39,955 nucleotides of DNA from assembly GCA_028695135.1 (NCBI GenBank), contig JAQVJM010000005.1, forward strand, positions 1-39,955, given 5' to 3'. The translations under genes and the position numbers were made by a program. Shown in pieces: positions 1-8,447 of this stretch (its first letter is position 1; each line of letters opens with the position of its first letter). The notes below the pieces were generated by a model. That model saw only the letters and a program-made list of their open reading frames with translations. It had not been told where the DNA came from and ran no database searches. The stretch comes from Candidatus Moraniibacteriota bacterium. Lineage in GTDB: Bacteria > Patescibacteriota > Minisyncoccia > Moranbacterales > UBA9337.

Positions 1-14
1 TCAGAAATCAAATT

Positions 15-41
15 AAAAAGACCGGCATTGCCGGTCTTTTT
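15..41 (-). terminator. Rho-independent terminator hairpin (bidirectional shape) downstream of the WYL-like gene
   Basis: AAAAAGACCGGC-ATT-GCCGGTCTTTTT: 7-bp GC stem flanked by an A-run and a T-run, lying just 3' of the minus-strand ORF that ends at 74. Confidence 0.7.
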
Positions 42-73
42 CGATGATTTGTTTTGTGCTTAAAGTGATCGTT

Positions 74-397
74 TTACCAATCCCTCTTCACGGTCGGAGT
101 TTTTGACGATTTTACGAGCCTCTTTATCTCCTGCCCGTCAAACTCGGCGCTCAGGACATCCACCGACCTTATCTGGTCCAAAAATATTTTGGCGACACAG
201 TTGCCCTTCTGGGCATTATCAATCTCGTATCCCAAGAGGATACTCCTTGTTTTTCCCGATTTCTTCTTTTCTCCGCTCGAGTATATGTCATACGGACATA
301 ACTTTCTTACGATTACGCCCTTCCCTTTCGATTTTTCGTGCTCGATATCGATGAAATTTTCCGATCTGATGGCTTCTATGATTTTTTGCTTGTCCAT
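74..397 (-). CDS. Small standalone WYL-like domain protein (about 107 aa from MDKQKII; the ORF is open back to 445)
   Basis: The pattern VIVRKLCPYDIY ... SILLGYEID ... AKIFLDQIRSVDVLSAEF matches the WYL-domain signature (R-x-v-x-P-Y ... [W/L]-[Y/L]-L-x-[GA]-Y ... F-x-l-d-x-I-x-s-v) as I remember it. No HTH domain is attached. Start chosen at the internal ATG at 395-397. Confidence 0.5.
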   Translation of the reverse strand: MDKQKIIEAIRSENFIDIEHEKSKGKGVIVRKLCPYDIYSSGEKKKSGKTRSILLGYEIDNAQKGNCVAKIFLDQIRSVDVLSAEFDGQEIKRLVKSSKTPTVKRDW

Positions 398-542
398 AAG
401 TTTTTTTATATGAAATAAAAACAGCCAAAACCAGCTGTTGATCAATTATATGCGATTTTTTTAATTATAGGCATAATATGGCTTTTAAACGATGGTAATT
501 AAGCATACACCATATTTGTCATAAAATCAAATTTAGAAAGAT

Positions 543-579
543 AAAAAAAGCGGGTATGCGATAAAAATCGCTCACCCGC
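543..579 (-). terminator. Rho-independent terminator of the sigma factor gene
   Basis: On the minus strand, GCGGGTGAGCGATTTTTATCGCATACCCGC is followed by TTTTTTT, about 20 nt after the stop at 602. Confidence 0.7.
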
Positions 580-601
580 CGGTTGCCTCATTTTAAAAAA
601 A

Positions 602-1459
602 CTAAACGGAAAGGGCTTCTTGGAAATTTTCCCGGGAAAATTTCTTTTTAAGAATATTTTTTCCCTTTTCTTCGATCTGGCGCACTCTTTCGCCAGAAAA
701 TCCGAAATCACGAGAAATGTCCTCGCGGGTTCTCTCATTTTTAGAAAAAAATCTTTCCTTTATGACATATTCTTCCCGCTCAGGAAGACTGCTCACCAGA
801 CTCCTGATTTTCCGGGCCAGATCGTTATCCATTACCGACTCTTCCGGAGTGCTTTCGGAAGAAATAAGGAAATTTATAGCTTCCTCGTCTCTAAAAATAT
901 TATTGAGAGATATTTCTTCCCCCTCGGCAAGCATACTTGTTATTTCCTCAATACTAACTCCGGTTTTATCTGAAACTTGCTTGAAAGTAGGCTCTCTCCC
1001 GAGATGTTTCTCCAGATCCCGGGCCTCCCCGAGAAGGAATCGCCTCTTATTGTATGCATCGATAGAAAGAGGAACTATCCGCGAATAACGTTTGGTTATA
1101 GCTATTCCTATCGCCTGGCGGATCCACCAGGAAGCATAGTTAGAGAAGGTTTTTCCTTCTCTGTAATCAAACTTTTCCGCCGCGCGGAAAAGCCCGATAT
1201 TTCCCTCCTGGATGAGATCGGGAAAAATATCAAATTTGTTTATCTTCCGGGCATATGACCCGGCGATCGATATCACTAGGCGCAGATTGGCTATGATGAG
1301 TTTCCTTATGGCCTCTTTGCGCGCTGTTTCTTTTCCTTCCAAAATTATTTTTCCCTGTTCAACTTCCTCTTCTCTGCTGAGCAGAGGGAACTTCGACACA
1401 TCCTTCATATAAATATGGAGATATGAAGGAATTCCATCCATCTTTCCATTTTTTTTCAT
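602..1459 (-). CDS. RNA polymerase sigma-70 family factor with regions 1.2-4.2 (housekeeping-like)
   Basis: Motifs seen: [17 protein letters not shown] (region 1.2), [12 protein letters not shown] and [18 protein letters not shown] (region 2), [10 protein letters not shown] (region 2.4), and the region 4 [22 protein letters not shown]. Start chosen at ATG 1457-1459, preceded by a GGGGGG run 7 nt upstream. Confidence 0.9.
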   Translation of the reverse strand: MKKNGKMDGIPSYLHIYMKDVSKFPLLSREEEVEQGKIILEGKETARKEAIRKLIIANLRLVISIAGSYARKINKFDIFPDLIQEGNIGLFRAAEKFDYREGKTFSNYASWWIRQAIGIAITKRYSRIVPLSIDAYNKRRFLLGEARDLEKHLGREPTFKQVSDKTGVSIEEITSMLAEGEEISLNNIFRDEEAINFLISSESTPEESVMDNDLARKIRSLVSSLPEREEYVIKERFFSKNERTREDISRDFGFSGERVRQIEEKGKNILKKKFSRENFQEALSV

Positions 1460-1507
1460 GACTGTCGCCCCCCTTTTTTTATGATTATCAATGAACCGAA
1501 ACATTTG

Positions 1508-1536
1508 ATGATACAATAAAAAGTATTCTGTGTCAA
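1508..1536 (-). promoter_or_regulatory. Sigma-70-type promoter for the sigma factor gene
   Basis: On the minus strand, TTGACA-17 nt-TATCAT, about 45 nt upstream of the start codon. Confidence 0.5.
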
Positions 1537-1570
1537 TAGCTGAAAGGCATCATATCGGAGCCGAGGGAAA

Positions 1571-1612
1571 TTAAACGGCCAAATCAATAAACCTATTGAT
1601 TTGGCCGTTTAA
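1571..1612 (-). terminator. Perfect 19-bp stem hairpin between the DUF2207 gene and the sigma gene
   Basis: TTAAACGGCCAAATCAATA-AACC-TATTGATTTGGCCGTTTAA. Only a 3-nt T tail follows on the minus strand, so terminator function is uncertain. Confidence 0.4.
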
Positions 1613-1636
1613 AAGAGATATTTGAAAATATAATCT

Positions 1637-3337
1637 TTACCAGCTTCCGCCTCCTCCGCCACCGCCACCGCCTCCGGATCCTCCTCCGGAAAATCCGGAT
1701 CCGCCTCCGGAAGCCGATGAAGGACTAGATATGATCGTAGAATCGGCTGAAGATGAAAAATTGCTCAAGCTGTCAGCCAATGCTATCGATGAAAAATTTG
1801 TTCCGGCCGGATCCGAATACCATTCGGGACTGCCCTGATAGATGTCCTTGAACTGCTGTGCCCATTCCTTGTAAACTCCCAGCGCCATGGCATAAGGAAG
1901 GAGCTTTTCAAAGTGTTCAGGATTTTTCCGGGGAGCATTATGGAATTTAAGCCTTTCTTTTTCGGCGACTTTCATATATTCCTTGAGTCCCAATATATGC
2001 TCGCGCGCTAGGACTCCTTTTTGGGTCTTTACCGACATTATAAAAGAGAAAGCTGCAATTATTATTCCGGAAATGACCAATGACAATACTCCTATGAAGC
2101 CGAAAAAAGGCGCCGCCAGAAATGACAAGAAAGCGACTGCTAATCCGGAAACCAGATAGACGGCCTTAGTGGTGACGGGGTTTCTGGGAAAATATCCCTT
2201 GCTTACCAGCGAATCATAAGCGTTATCGGTGATCTTTTTCAGATTCTGGTAAAATTTATTGGTAAGCGAAGACAGCTTGACGGTTTTTCCGATCCCGCCC
2301 GATCCGAATATCCCCTTCATTATCTCTCTATCGAACTCGTTTTTAAGATCGTCGGCTTCTTTGAGTTTCTCAAATTTGTAATCTGCAGTTTTGAAGAGCA
2401 AAATTTTGTCTTCAGTCTTTATGATTTTGAGATATCCTCTCACAGCCAGATCGATAATCTCCGAAGAAACATCTTTATTGTGAGCGCTTTCATCGACCAA
2501 GGTTCCTGCTTCCAATGGAGTGAGATTGTCTGGAGCTTCATATTGCGCAACGATCGTTCCGCGACCTTTGGGATCCCGGCCTTTCTTCCTCCAGCGGTCA
2601 AACATAAAGATAAGAACGATGAAGGGAATAAAAGCAATCCAGTTGTCCTTGAGCGTTTCCAGCAGATTGGAAATTACGGACGGCTCGGCGACCGTTCCCT
2701 TGGGAAATCCGACGACGATCGTCATTCCTTCATTGGGAGAAAGATCGCGGCTTGAAAAATTTATTTCGTTCTGGCTAGTTTCATATACGCATCTTTCTTG
2801 GCTGCCATAATATCCTACGAAACATTCATTTTGCGCGCTTTCGGATCCTTCCGGAAGGATGGCTTTGGCGCTGATATTTTCTATGGGGATATCCCATCCG
2901 TTTCCGATCGCGTTCCAATAAAATTCGTCGTGATCATCGAAGTAATTCAAAGCCCGCCTGACTTTATAGCTTATTATGTAGATTTTTTGGCCGGTCACAT
3001 ATCTATCAGCGTCGCCTATCTTTATGGAAACATTTCCTCCAGAGGAAGTTTTTGAAAAATTGTAAGACCTTCCGTTTTCATCCGTTACGGAAACATCGGA
3101 AATCCTAAGCTCGAAATTTCCTCCTCGAGCTTTGTATTTGTAAGGGATGTCCCTGAATATTCCGTGCCTTTGCAACGTGTCAAAATCATAGAGGATTTTT
3201 TCGGTAATCTCTACGCTACCGTCTGAATTTATTTTAAACTCCAGATCAAAAGAATTTATTTTTTCCGCCGCCAGTCCGGGCCTGGGAAGAAATATCGCTG
3301 ACGAAAGAATCAAGGTGAAAAGAAAGAACTTCTTCAT
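1637..3337 (-). CDS. DUF2207 domain-containing membrane protein with a poly-Gly C-terminal tail
   Basis: N-terminal signal peptide; the motif YDFD...HGIFRDIPYKY and the overall layout (extracellular N-domain, TM helices, Gly/Ser-rich tail GGGSGFSGGGSGGGGGGGGGGSW) are typical of DUF2207. Confidence 0.8.
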   Translation of the reverse strand: MKKFFLFTLILSSAIFLPRPGLAAEKINSFDLEFKINSDGSVEITEKILYDFDTLQRHGIFRDIPYKYKARGGNFELRISDVSVTDENGRSYNFSKTSSGGNVSIKIGDADRYVTGQKIYIISYKVRRALNYFDDHDEFYWNAIGNGWDIPIENISAKAILPEGSESAQNECFVGYYGSQERCVYETSQNEINFSSRDLSPNEGMTIVVGFPKGTVAEPSVISNLLETLKDNWIAFIPFIVLIFMFDRWRKKGRDPKGRGTIVAQYEAPDNLTPLEAGTLVDESAHNKDVSSEIIDLAVRGYLKIIKTEDKILLFKTADYKFEKLKEADDLKNEFDREIMKGIFGSGGIGKTVKLSSLTNKFYQNLKKITDNAYDSLVSKGYFPRNPVTTKAVYLVSGLAVAFLSFLAAPFFGFIGVLSLVISGIIIAAFSFIMSVKTQKGVLAREHILGLKEYMKVAEKERLKFHNAPRKNPEHFEKLLPYAMALGVYKEWAQQFKDIYQGSPEWYSDPAGTNFSSIALADSLSNFSSSADSTIISSPSSASGGGSGFSGGGSGGGGGGGGGGSW

Positions 3338-3487
3338 ATTTTTTAATTGAGAAATTATATGCTTTAATTATACCTGATTTTCAAAAAAAGTCTTATATGC
3401 GCATGGAATATTAGTTCAGTGATTTGGATAGTCAGTAATAATCCAACTTATATTTATTTTTTATATCTAAATTATTATACGAGCCAT

Positions 3488-3582
3488 GCGAGGCAATCTC
3501 ATACTGTCATTGCGAGCCTGCGAAGCAATCTCGAGATTGCCACGTCATAAATTTTTCAAAAAAATTTCTTCCTCGCAATGAC
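3488..3582. repeat. REP-like nested palindromic element (GTCATTGCGAG / GCAATCTC family)
   Basis: Outer inverted repeat GTCATTGCGAG (3506-3516) / CTCGCAATGAC (3572-3582). Inner perfect 16-bp palindrome GCAATCTCGAGATTGC (3525-3540). An extra GCAATCTC copy sits at 3493-3500. The element is GC-richer than the surrounding AT-rich spacer. Confidence 0.6.
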
Positions 3583-3668
3583 AAATATTTATTCTTGCAA
3601 CGCTCTGCCCGATCACATCACTAACAGTAAGGTTTTCAATTGATGTTTCTTGGCGCTATATCTTGATT

Positions 3669-4220
3669 TTATAAAATGATTTTTCTTAAATTTCTCCTGG
3701 CTCTTTTGTAATCGGGGAAGAATCTTTCCACCAGCTTCCAAAATTTTTTTGAATGGTTGAATTCTTCCAGATGGCAGAGCTCATGGATGATTATATAATT
3801 TTGCAATTCTTCCGGAAGATGGATGATTTTATAATTAAAGTTCAAGTTTCCATCCTTGGAACAGCTTCCCCATCTGGTCTTTTGGTTCCTGATCGCAATT
3901 CTCTTGAATCGGAAATCATAGATCTTATTGAAGGATAAAATTTTTTCTTCGATCATTTTTCTCGCTGTCTCTTTATTTTTGAGATAATCTTTTTTCGAAT
4001 ATTTTATCTTTTCAAAATCTTTGAAATATCGGATTTTTTTGAGCACCCAGCCTATTTTTTGAAGCAGAAATTCTTCGGCTATTTTTTCGCTGATTGAACG
4101 AGGCAGTGTCAAAACAACGCCGGCGTCGCAACTTACGCTGATGCGCATATTCTTCGCCCACAGACTTTTATTGATCCTGTATTTGATCAATTTTCCCTTT
4201 ACGATTATCCTTTTTTCCAT
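3669..4220 (-). CDS. YgjP-like metal-dependent hydrolase (DUF45 / M48-like, SprT/WLM-type HExxH)
   Basis: C-terminal HELCHLEEFNHSKKFW motif (HExxH plus a downstream H) and an overall length of about 180 aa. Start chosen at MEKRIIVKG (ATG 4218-4220). Confidence 0.8.
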   Translation of the reverse strand: MEKRIIVKGKLIKYRINKSLWAKNMRISVSCDAGVVLTLPRSISEKIAEEFLLQKIGWVLKKIRYFKDFEKIKYSKKDYLKNKETARKMIEEKILSFNKIYDFRFKRIAIRNQKTRWGSCSKDGNLNFNYKIIHLPEELQNYIIIHELCHLEEFNHSKKFWKLVERFFPDYKRARRNLRKIIL

Positions 4221-4230
4221 AATCCGGTTA

Positions 4231-4262
4231 AAAATAAAAGTCGCGCTTTGAAACACGACTTT
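4231..4262 (-). terminator. Terminator-like hairpin after the small basic-protein ORF
   Basis: On the minus strand, AAAGTCG-12 nt loop-CGACTTT is followed by TATTTTT, 22 nt after the TAG at 4284-4286. Confidence 0.5.
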
Positions 4263-4283
4263 TATTATGAAATGCAACAAGTG

Positions 4284-4403
4284 CTATTTTCTTTTTCTTT
4301 TGGCAGTCTTTCTTTTGGTAGTCTTTCTTTTGGTAGTCTTTCTTTTTGTTGCCTTTCTCTTGGCTGGTTTTCTTTTGGCAGCCTTTCTTTTTTTTGTAGC
4401 CAT
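4284..4403 (-). CDS. 39-aa extremely basic repeat protein MATKKRKAAKRKPAKRKATKRKTTKRKTTKRKTAKRKRK (possible nucleic-acid-binding, histone-H1-tail-like)
   Basis: Hand translation of the minus strand from ATG 4401-4403 to TAG 4284-4286. The ORF is below the 60-aa cutoff of the track. It consists of six xxKRK pentapeptides encoded by 15-bp tandem repeats, and the start and stop exactly bracket the repeat tract. A terminator hairpin follows. The competing frame is the 65-aa ORF at 4228-4425. Confidence 0.5.
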   Translation of the reverse strand: MATKKRKAAKRKPAKRKATKRKTTKRKTTKRKTAKRKRK

Positions 4404-4550
4404 TTTGTTTTTGTCTAGTTGGCACTTTATTGCCAATTTTTTTTATTTATTTATATCGAGAACTTCGACCAAGCTCTCTTCATTTTTTATTTTTTTAAAA
4501 AATTATTTTTCTACTCTATATTTTAACATAAATTAAATTCAATACAATAG

Positions 4551-5522
4551 CTAAATCGATTTTTTCTTTCTTTTTTCTCTGAGATAGATCGGCAGAGCAA
4601 AAAAACTGAGAAGCATTTGGATCGTTCTGTTTATGATCGCCACGCTTATCACTCCGGCGGAGCCGGCTCCAAAAAATCCGAAGAAAGTTATGTAGGCCCA
4701 TTCCTTGATTCCGATGTTGTTTATCGTAATCGGAACTGATGAAACGATGCTTATCAAAAATATCACCGAAAGAAAATCCAAAAATCCGATCTGGATTCCC
4801 AATGACCAAAAAAGGACATAGTTGGCTCCCGCTAATCCGATAAAATTAAAGACGAAAGAAACGAACACCGCCCGCCAAAGCTCGTTGGATTTTCCGTTGT
4901 AGCGATTGACTTCGTTTATGGCCATATTTAAAAACTTGTCCATCTTTTCTATGGAAGTCTTGATCCTTCTTTTCCTGAAAATCTCCAAAACCGCAAACCA
5001 AAAAACAATCGCCGAAAAAACCGCCCCGACTACAGAAAGCAGGATCTTGTTTCCGGATATTTCCGCAAAATTTACCGCCGCAAATATTATTGCCAAAATC
5101 ATCGCGCCCCACAATCCCGTAAGCCGATCCATTATGACGCTGGAGGCGGCTTCTTTGTAGCGGTTCTGCGCCATCGATCCGATCCTATAAGATTTAAAAG
5201 CGTCTCCGCCGACAAAGCTCGGCATGAAATTATTTATGAAAGTGGCGGTGTAATAAGAGCTGAAAAAATCTCCGAAAGGAAGCTTGATGTTTTTGTGCGC
5301 CGCCAGCCTCTGCCATTTATAGGAAGATATCATCATCCCTCCGATATAAAGAAGGATATAGATAAATATTTGCCAAAGGGTTATTTTTTGCAGATAGCTC
5401 CAGACCTCCGTCCAATTTATTTCAAATATTATCCACCACAAAAACAAAAAACTCGCAAAAAGTTTCATGAGGAGCCTTAAAATTTTTTTATCAAGCATTT
5501 CTTTTACGCCTGCAGTTTTCAT
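4551..5522 (-). CDS. Lysylphosphatidylglycerol-synthase-TM-region / UPF0104 flippase-like membrane protein
   Basis: About 8 TM helices. The motif YKWQRL...FFSSYYTATFINNFMPSFVGGDAFKSYRIG is typical of the LPG_synthase_TM (flippase-like) family. The ORF overlaps the GT4 stop by 32 nt. Confidence 0.7.
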   Translation of the reverse strand: MKTAGVKEMLDKKILRLLMKLFASFLFLWWIIFEINWTEVWSYLQKITLWQIFIYILLYIGGMMISSYKWQRLAAHKNIKLPFGDFFSSYYTATFINNFMPSFVGGDAFKSYRIGSMAQNRYKEAASSVIMDRLTGLWGAMILAIIFAAVNFAEISGNKILLSVVGAVFSAIVFWFAVLEIFRKRRIKTSIEKMDKFLNMAINEVNRYNGKSNELWRAVFVSFVFNFIGLAGANYVLFWSLGIQIGFLDFLSVIFLISIVSSVPITINNIGIKEWAYITFFGFFGAGSAGVISVAIINRTIQMLLSFFALPIYLREKRKKKSI

Positions 5523-6660
5523 ACTCGTTGAAATAATTTTCCGCCACTTTTTGCCAGCTCATGGATTCCGCGATGCGCCGGCTTTCCAGCGCCATTCTTT
5601 TTTCCAACTCTTCATCCAAGATTATCCTTTCAATTTTTTCGGCCGTATCGCAAGCGTCTTTCATATTGATGACAAATCCGTTCTTACCGTCGCGCACAAT
5701 TTCCGCCGTCCCGCCCGTGTTTGTAGCAATGATCGGAAGACCCGACGCCAAAGCTTCTAGCATGGCATTGCTCATGCCTTCGTTAAGAGAAGTGGAAACG
5801 AATATTCTAGATAGCGAAAAACATTTTGTAATTTCTTTCCTGTCCAGAACGCCGGTGAATTCCACGTCTTTTTCCATCCCTAGTTTTTTAATGAGACTTT
5901 CCAGCTCTTCCTTCTGATATCCTTCCCCTATTATTTTCAAACTTATCTTGTGATTCTTGTCTTTGAGTTTTTTGGATGCCATAACCAAATATTCAAATCC
6001 TTTGCGCGGAGTTATCCTCGTCCCGCAAAGAATTTCAAACCTGTCGGAATCTTTTTTCTTCTTTTCGATAGGAATCGCCCTGAACTCATCCACAGCCACT
6101 CCGTTGGTTATGACTTTTATTTTTCTGGCCGGATCGATCTTTGAGGCCATATCTCTGAAACTCGCACTGTTGGCGATGACAGAAAAAGCTTTTTTCCATA
6201 TCGCTTTTATGAAAGGAGTGAGGATCTTATAAGTGATCCCGAATCTTTCGCTGTAACCAGGCACGTCTGATCCGCGCAGGGAAACTATATAAGGAATTTT
6301 TTTCTTTTTGGATAAATACCAAGAAATCGCCCCGCACGGAACGGAAAAAAATGAGTGCGTCAAATCGTATTTCTTTCTCTCGGCCAACTTTTGGGAAAAG
6401 ATAAGGGCTTTCCAGGCATAAACGATAAGATCTTTTTTGGATTGGAAGTGGAGGTTGGATTCCCTTTTTCCGATGGGCAGATAATAGATCATTATATTTT
6501 CTCCGATTCTTTCTTCACGATATTCGCCCGTCGATGAGGTGATCAGATCCAACTCCAAATCGGGAATTTTGGAAAATTCTCTCAAAATATAATAAGTGGC
6601 GTTTCCCGCTCCGCCTCCCAAAGGAGGGTATTCGTAATTGAAAAATAATACTCTTGTCAT
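5491..6660 (-). CDS. Glycosyltransferase family 4 (GT-B fold)
   Basis: N-terminal YPPLGGGAGN and the C-terminal E-x7-E region NEGMSNAMLEALASGLPIIATNTGGTAEIV. Confidence 0.85.
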   Translation of the reverse strand: MTRVLFFNYEYPPLGGGAGNATYYILREFSKIPDLELDLITSSTGEYREERIGENIMIYYLPIGKRESNLHFQSKKDLIVYAWKALIFSQKLAERKKYDLTHSFFSVPCGAISWYLSKKKKIPYIVSLRGSDVPGYSERFGITYKILTPFIKAIWKKAFSVIANSASFRDMASKIDPARKIKVITNGVAVDEFRAIPIEKKKKDSDRFEILCGTRITPRKGFEYLVMASKKLKDKNHKISLKIIGEGYQKEELESLIKKLGMEKDVEFTGVLDRKEITKCFSLSRIFVSTSLNEGMSNAMLEALASGLPIIATNTGGTAEIVRDGKNGFVINMKDACDTAEKIERIILDEELEKRMALESRRIAESMSWQKVAENYFNEYENCRRKRNA

Positions 6661-6671
6661 ATTTTTTATCT

Positions 6672-8432
6672 TTATTCTTCCGATTCCTCCTCAAAAATTT
6701 CTTCCCAGATAAACCTTTTAGCCACTGCTCCGCCTTCATTCTTGTAGTTCCTGAACTTGCTTTCGTCAGGCCTCTCGCAATTGATGATAGCGGGTTTCGG
6801 AGACAAATGGAATATCGTTAGCGTCCCGAATTGTTGTCCTTCAATCAGATCGAACATCTCGAAATAACTGTCGTATTTTTTAATATCCGACTGGGTCCTG
6901 ATGATCAAGAAATAATTACCCTGGCGGCAGATATCTTTTTTACTTATCCCGTCTCGAGGAATTTTTCTCTTGTCCAAAAGATAAGCGAACGCCCGATGAA
7001 ATTCGCTTTGCCCGTGATAAAATACCGCGTAATTATTTTTCTTGTAAAAGCTTTCCATATAATCGGTGATGGCTTCCTGCTGTTCCAGCGTAATCCTGGT
7101 TTTTTGCTTGAGAATCCTGTCGCTTCCTATGCTGAACTGATCGGAAATCGCTTTATCCAATTGGGACAGATAGCCGATCGTAAAATACAGGCTGAAAGCG
7201 GCCAGTACCGCTCCCAGCGCCCAAGCAAGATTTTTTATCCTTAAAAATTTTCCGACGCCATCGATTATCAGCCCCAGAAAAACGAATGGCAGAGGCGCTA
7301 CTATCAAAAAAAATCTGGGAGACATATCGAATGCCAGCGGAGTGAACACCCCTAGAGAAATGGCAAGCAGGAACGCTATCGATACCAAAAAATCTTTTTT
7401 GGAAGGGATCTTTTCAAGAAATATCCTTGCCACAAGAAAAATTATTCCCAAAAAGAAAAATCCGGACGCCAGCACTCCCTTATGCAAATTGTCCCGGCAA
7501 ATTTTGTCGCATCTTATGTCGTATTTTCCAGTCTCTCCGTCCATTCTCAATTCCGGAATTTCAGCTTTTTGCGATCCGGAAATGATTATCCAGTATTTAA
7601 GGATATTTTCCGAAACATTTCTCACCCCTTTTTCGACAAGCGTGTAGCTTTTCTTGCTGTCGGATTTATCTGTAATCGCTTCGATGAAAAGCTTGGAGTT
7701 CTGCCCCTGGGTCTTTGCCTCATTTATTACCATCGGCAGATGCAAGAATAAAATGATCAAAACGCTTCCCACCCAAAAAATAGGCTTGATTTTCGGCCTT
7801 TTGTATGAGAGAAAAAGAACTGCAGTTGCGCCAAAAATTATGAGCGCCAAGAAATGAAGCTGAGCCAGAACACCGAAAAAGAATGCGCAGGCCAAAAGCC
7901 AATATCCCATTCTCTTTCCTTCCTCCGCGTCTGTCGATTTGAGAAGCGTCCATAGGAGCATTATCGAAAAAAACGGAAGAAGGTTGGGATTCCAAGCAAA
8001 TCTGGAATAAACGACCATAAAAGTGGAAACGGAAAAAACCATCAACAAGACCAGTGTTATTTTATTGGAAAAATATCTTCTTAATAGGAGATAAAAAGCT
8101 GGAATGGAAAGCAAGGAAAATATCAATATGGCCATGGCCATTCCGGAAGGCGAATTTCCAAAGACCAGAGCGGAGACGTATTCGATATAATAAAAAGCCG
8201 GACCCAACCTCAGAAAAGTTCCCGCCGCCCGGGGACCTAAAAGAGGAAGATTTCCCGCTCCGTTCTCCACCGCCTCGCCCACAAGAGTGGCGTCGCGCGA
8301 TTGATCCAGCTCAAAATGAAGCCAAGGGGAGAAATTATAGGCTCTTAAGAAAGCGCCCGCCAAAAATATTCCGATAAATATCCAGAAATATCCGTTTTTC
8401 AAAAATTTAAATTTGTTTTTAAATTTCTTCAT
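6672..8432 (-). CDS. GT-C fold membrane glycosyltransferase (ArnT / PMT / GT39-83-like), 586 aa
   Basis: About 12 TM helices. An acidic first extracytoplasmic loop (FELDQSRDATLVGEA) lies after TM1. A C-terminal soluble domain of about 170 aa follows. The gene sits next to a polyprenyl-phosphate GT2. Confidence 0.6.
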   Translation of the reverse strand: MKKFKNKFKFLKNGYFWIFIGIFLAGAFLRAYNFSPWLHFELDQSRDATLVGEAVENGAGNLPLLGPRAAGTFLRLGPAFYYIEYVSALVFGNSPSGMAMAILIFSLLSIPAFYLLLRRYFSNKITLVLLMVFSVSTFMVVYSRFAWNPNLLPFFSIMLLWTLLKSTDAEEGKRMGYWLLACAFFFGVLAQLHFLALIIFGATAVLFLSYKRPKIKPIFWVGSVLIILFLHLPMVINEAKTQGQNSKLFIEAITDKSDSKKSYTLVEKGVRNVSENILKYWIIISGSQKAEIPELRMDGETGKYDIRCDKICRDNLHKGVLASGFFFLGIIFLVARIFLEKIPSKKDFLVSIAFLLAISLGVFTPLAFDMSPRFFLIVAPLPFVFLGLIIDGVGKFLRIKNLAWALGAVLAAFSLYFTIGYLSQLDKAISDQFSIGSDRILKQKTRITLEQQEAITDYMESFYKKNNYAVFYHGQSEFHRAFAYLLDKRKIPRDGISKKDICRQGNYFLIIRTQSDIKKYDSYFEMFDLIEGQQFGTLTIFHLSPKPAIINCERPDESKFRNYKNEGGAVAKRFIWEEIFEEESEE

Positions 8433-8447
8433 TATATTTTTTTATTT

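Noticed and set aside
499-738. A 79-aa minus-strand ORF overlapping the sigma factor terminator and the 3' end of the sigma gene.
   Set aside because: It is out of frame with the sigma gene and reads through its terminator hairpin.
4290-4385. A regularly spaced short repeat that could be mistaken for a mini CRISPR array.
   Set aside because: The period is only 15 bp with no unique spacers between copies, and there are no cas genes in the window. It is a coding pentapeptide tandem repeat.
4228-4425. A 65-aa minus-strand ORF (MPTRQKQNGYKKKKGCQKK...KKDYQKKDYQKK...) covering the same repeat.
   Set aside because: It is kept only as the less likely alternative. It must read through the terminator-like hairpin at 4237-4262 and ends in a non-repeat hydrophobic tail abutting the YgjP start. 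The 39-aa frame is exactly bounded by the repeat and followed by the hairpin.
4267-4536. An 89-aa plus-strand ORF rich in Leu/Phe/Val that looks like a multi-TM peptide.
   Set aside because: It is the antisense reading of the AAG/AAA-rich 15-bp tandem repeat, where poly-T codons give Phe/Leu. It has no SD or promoter and continues into AT-rich spacer. It is a mirror artefact of the basic-protein repeat.
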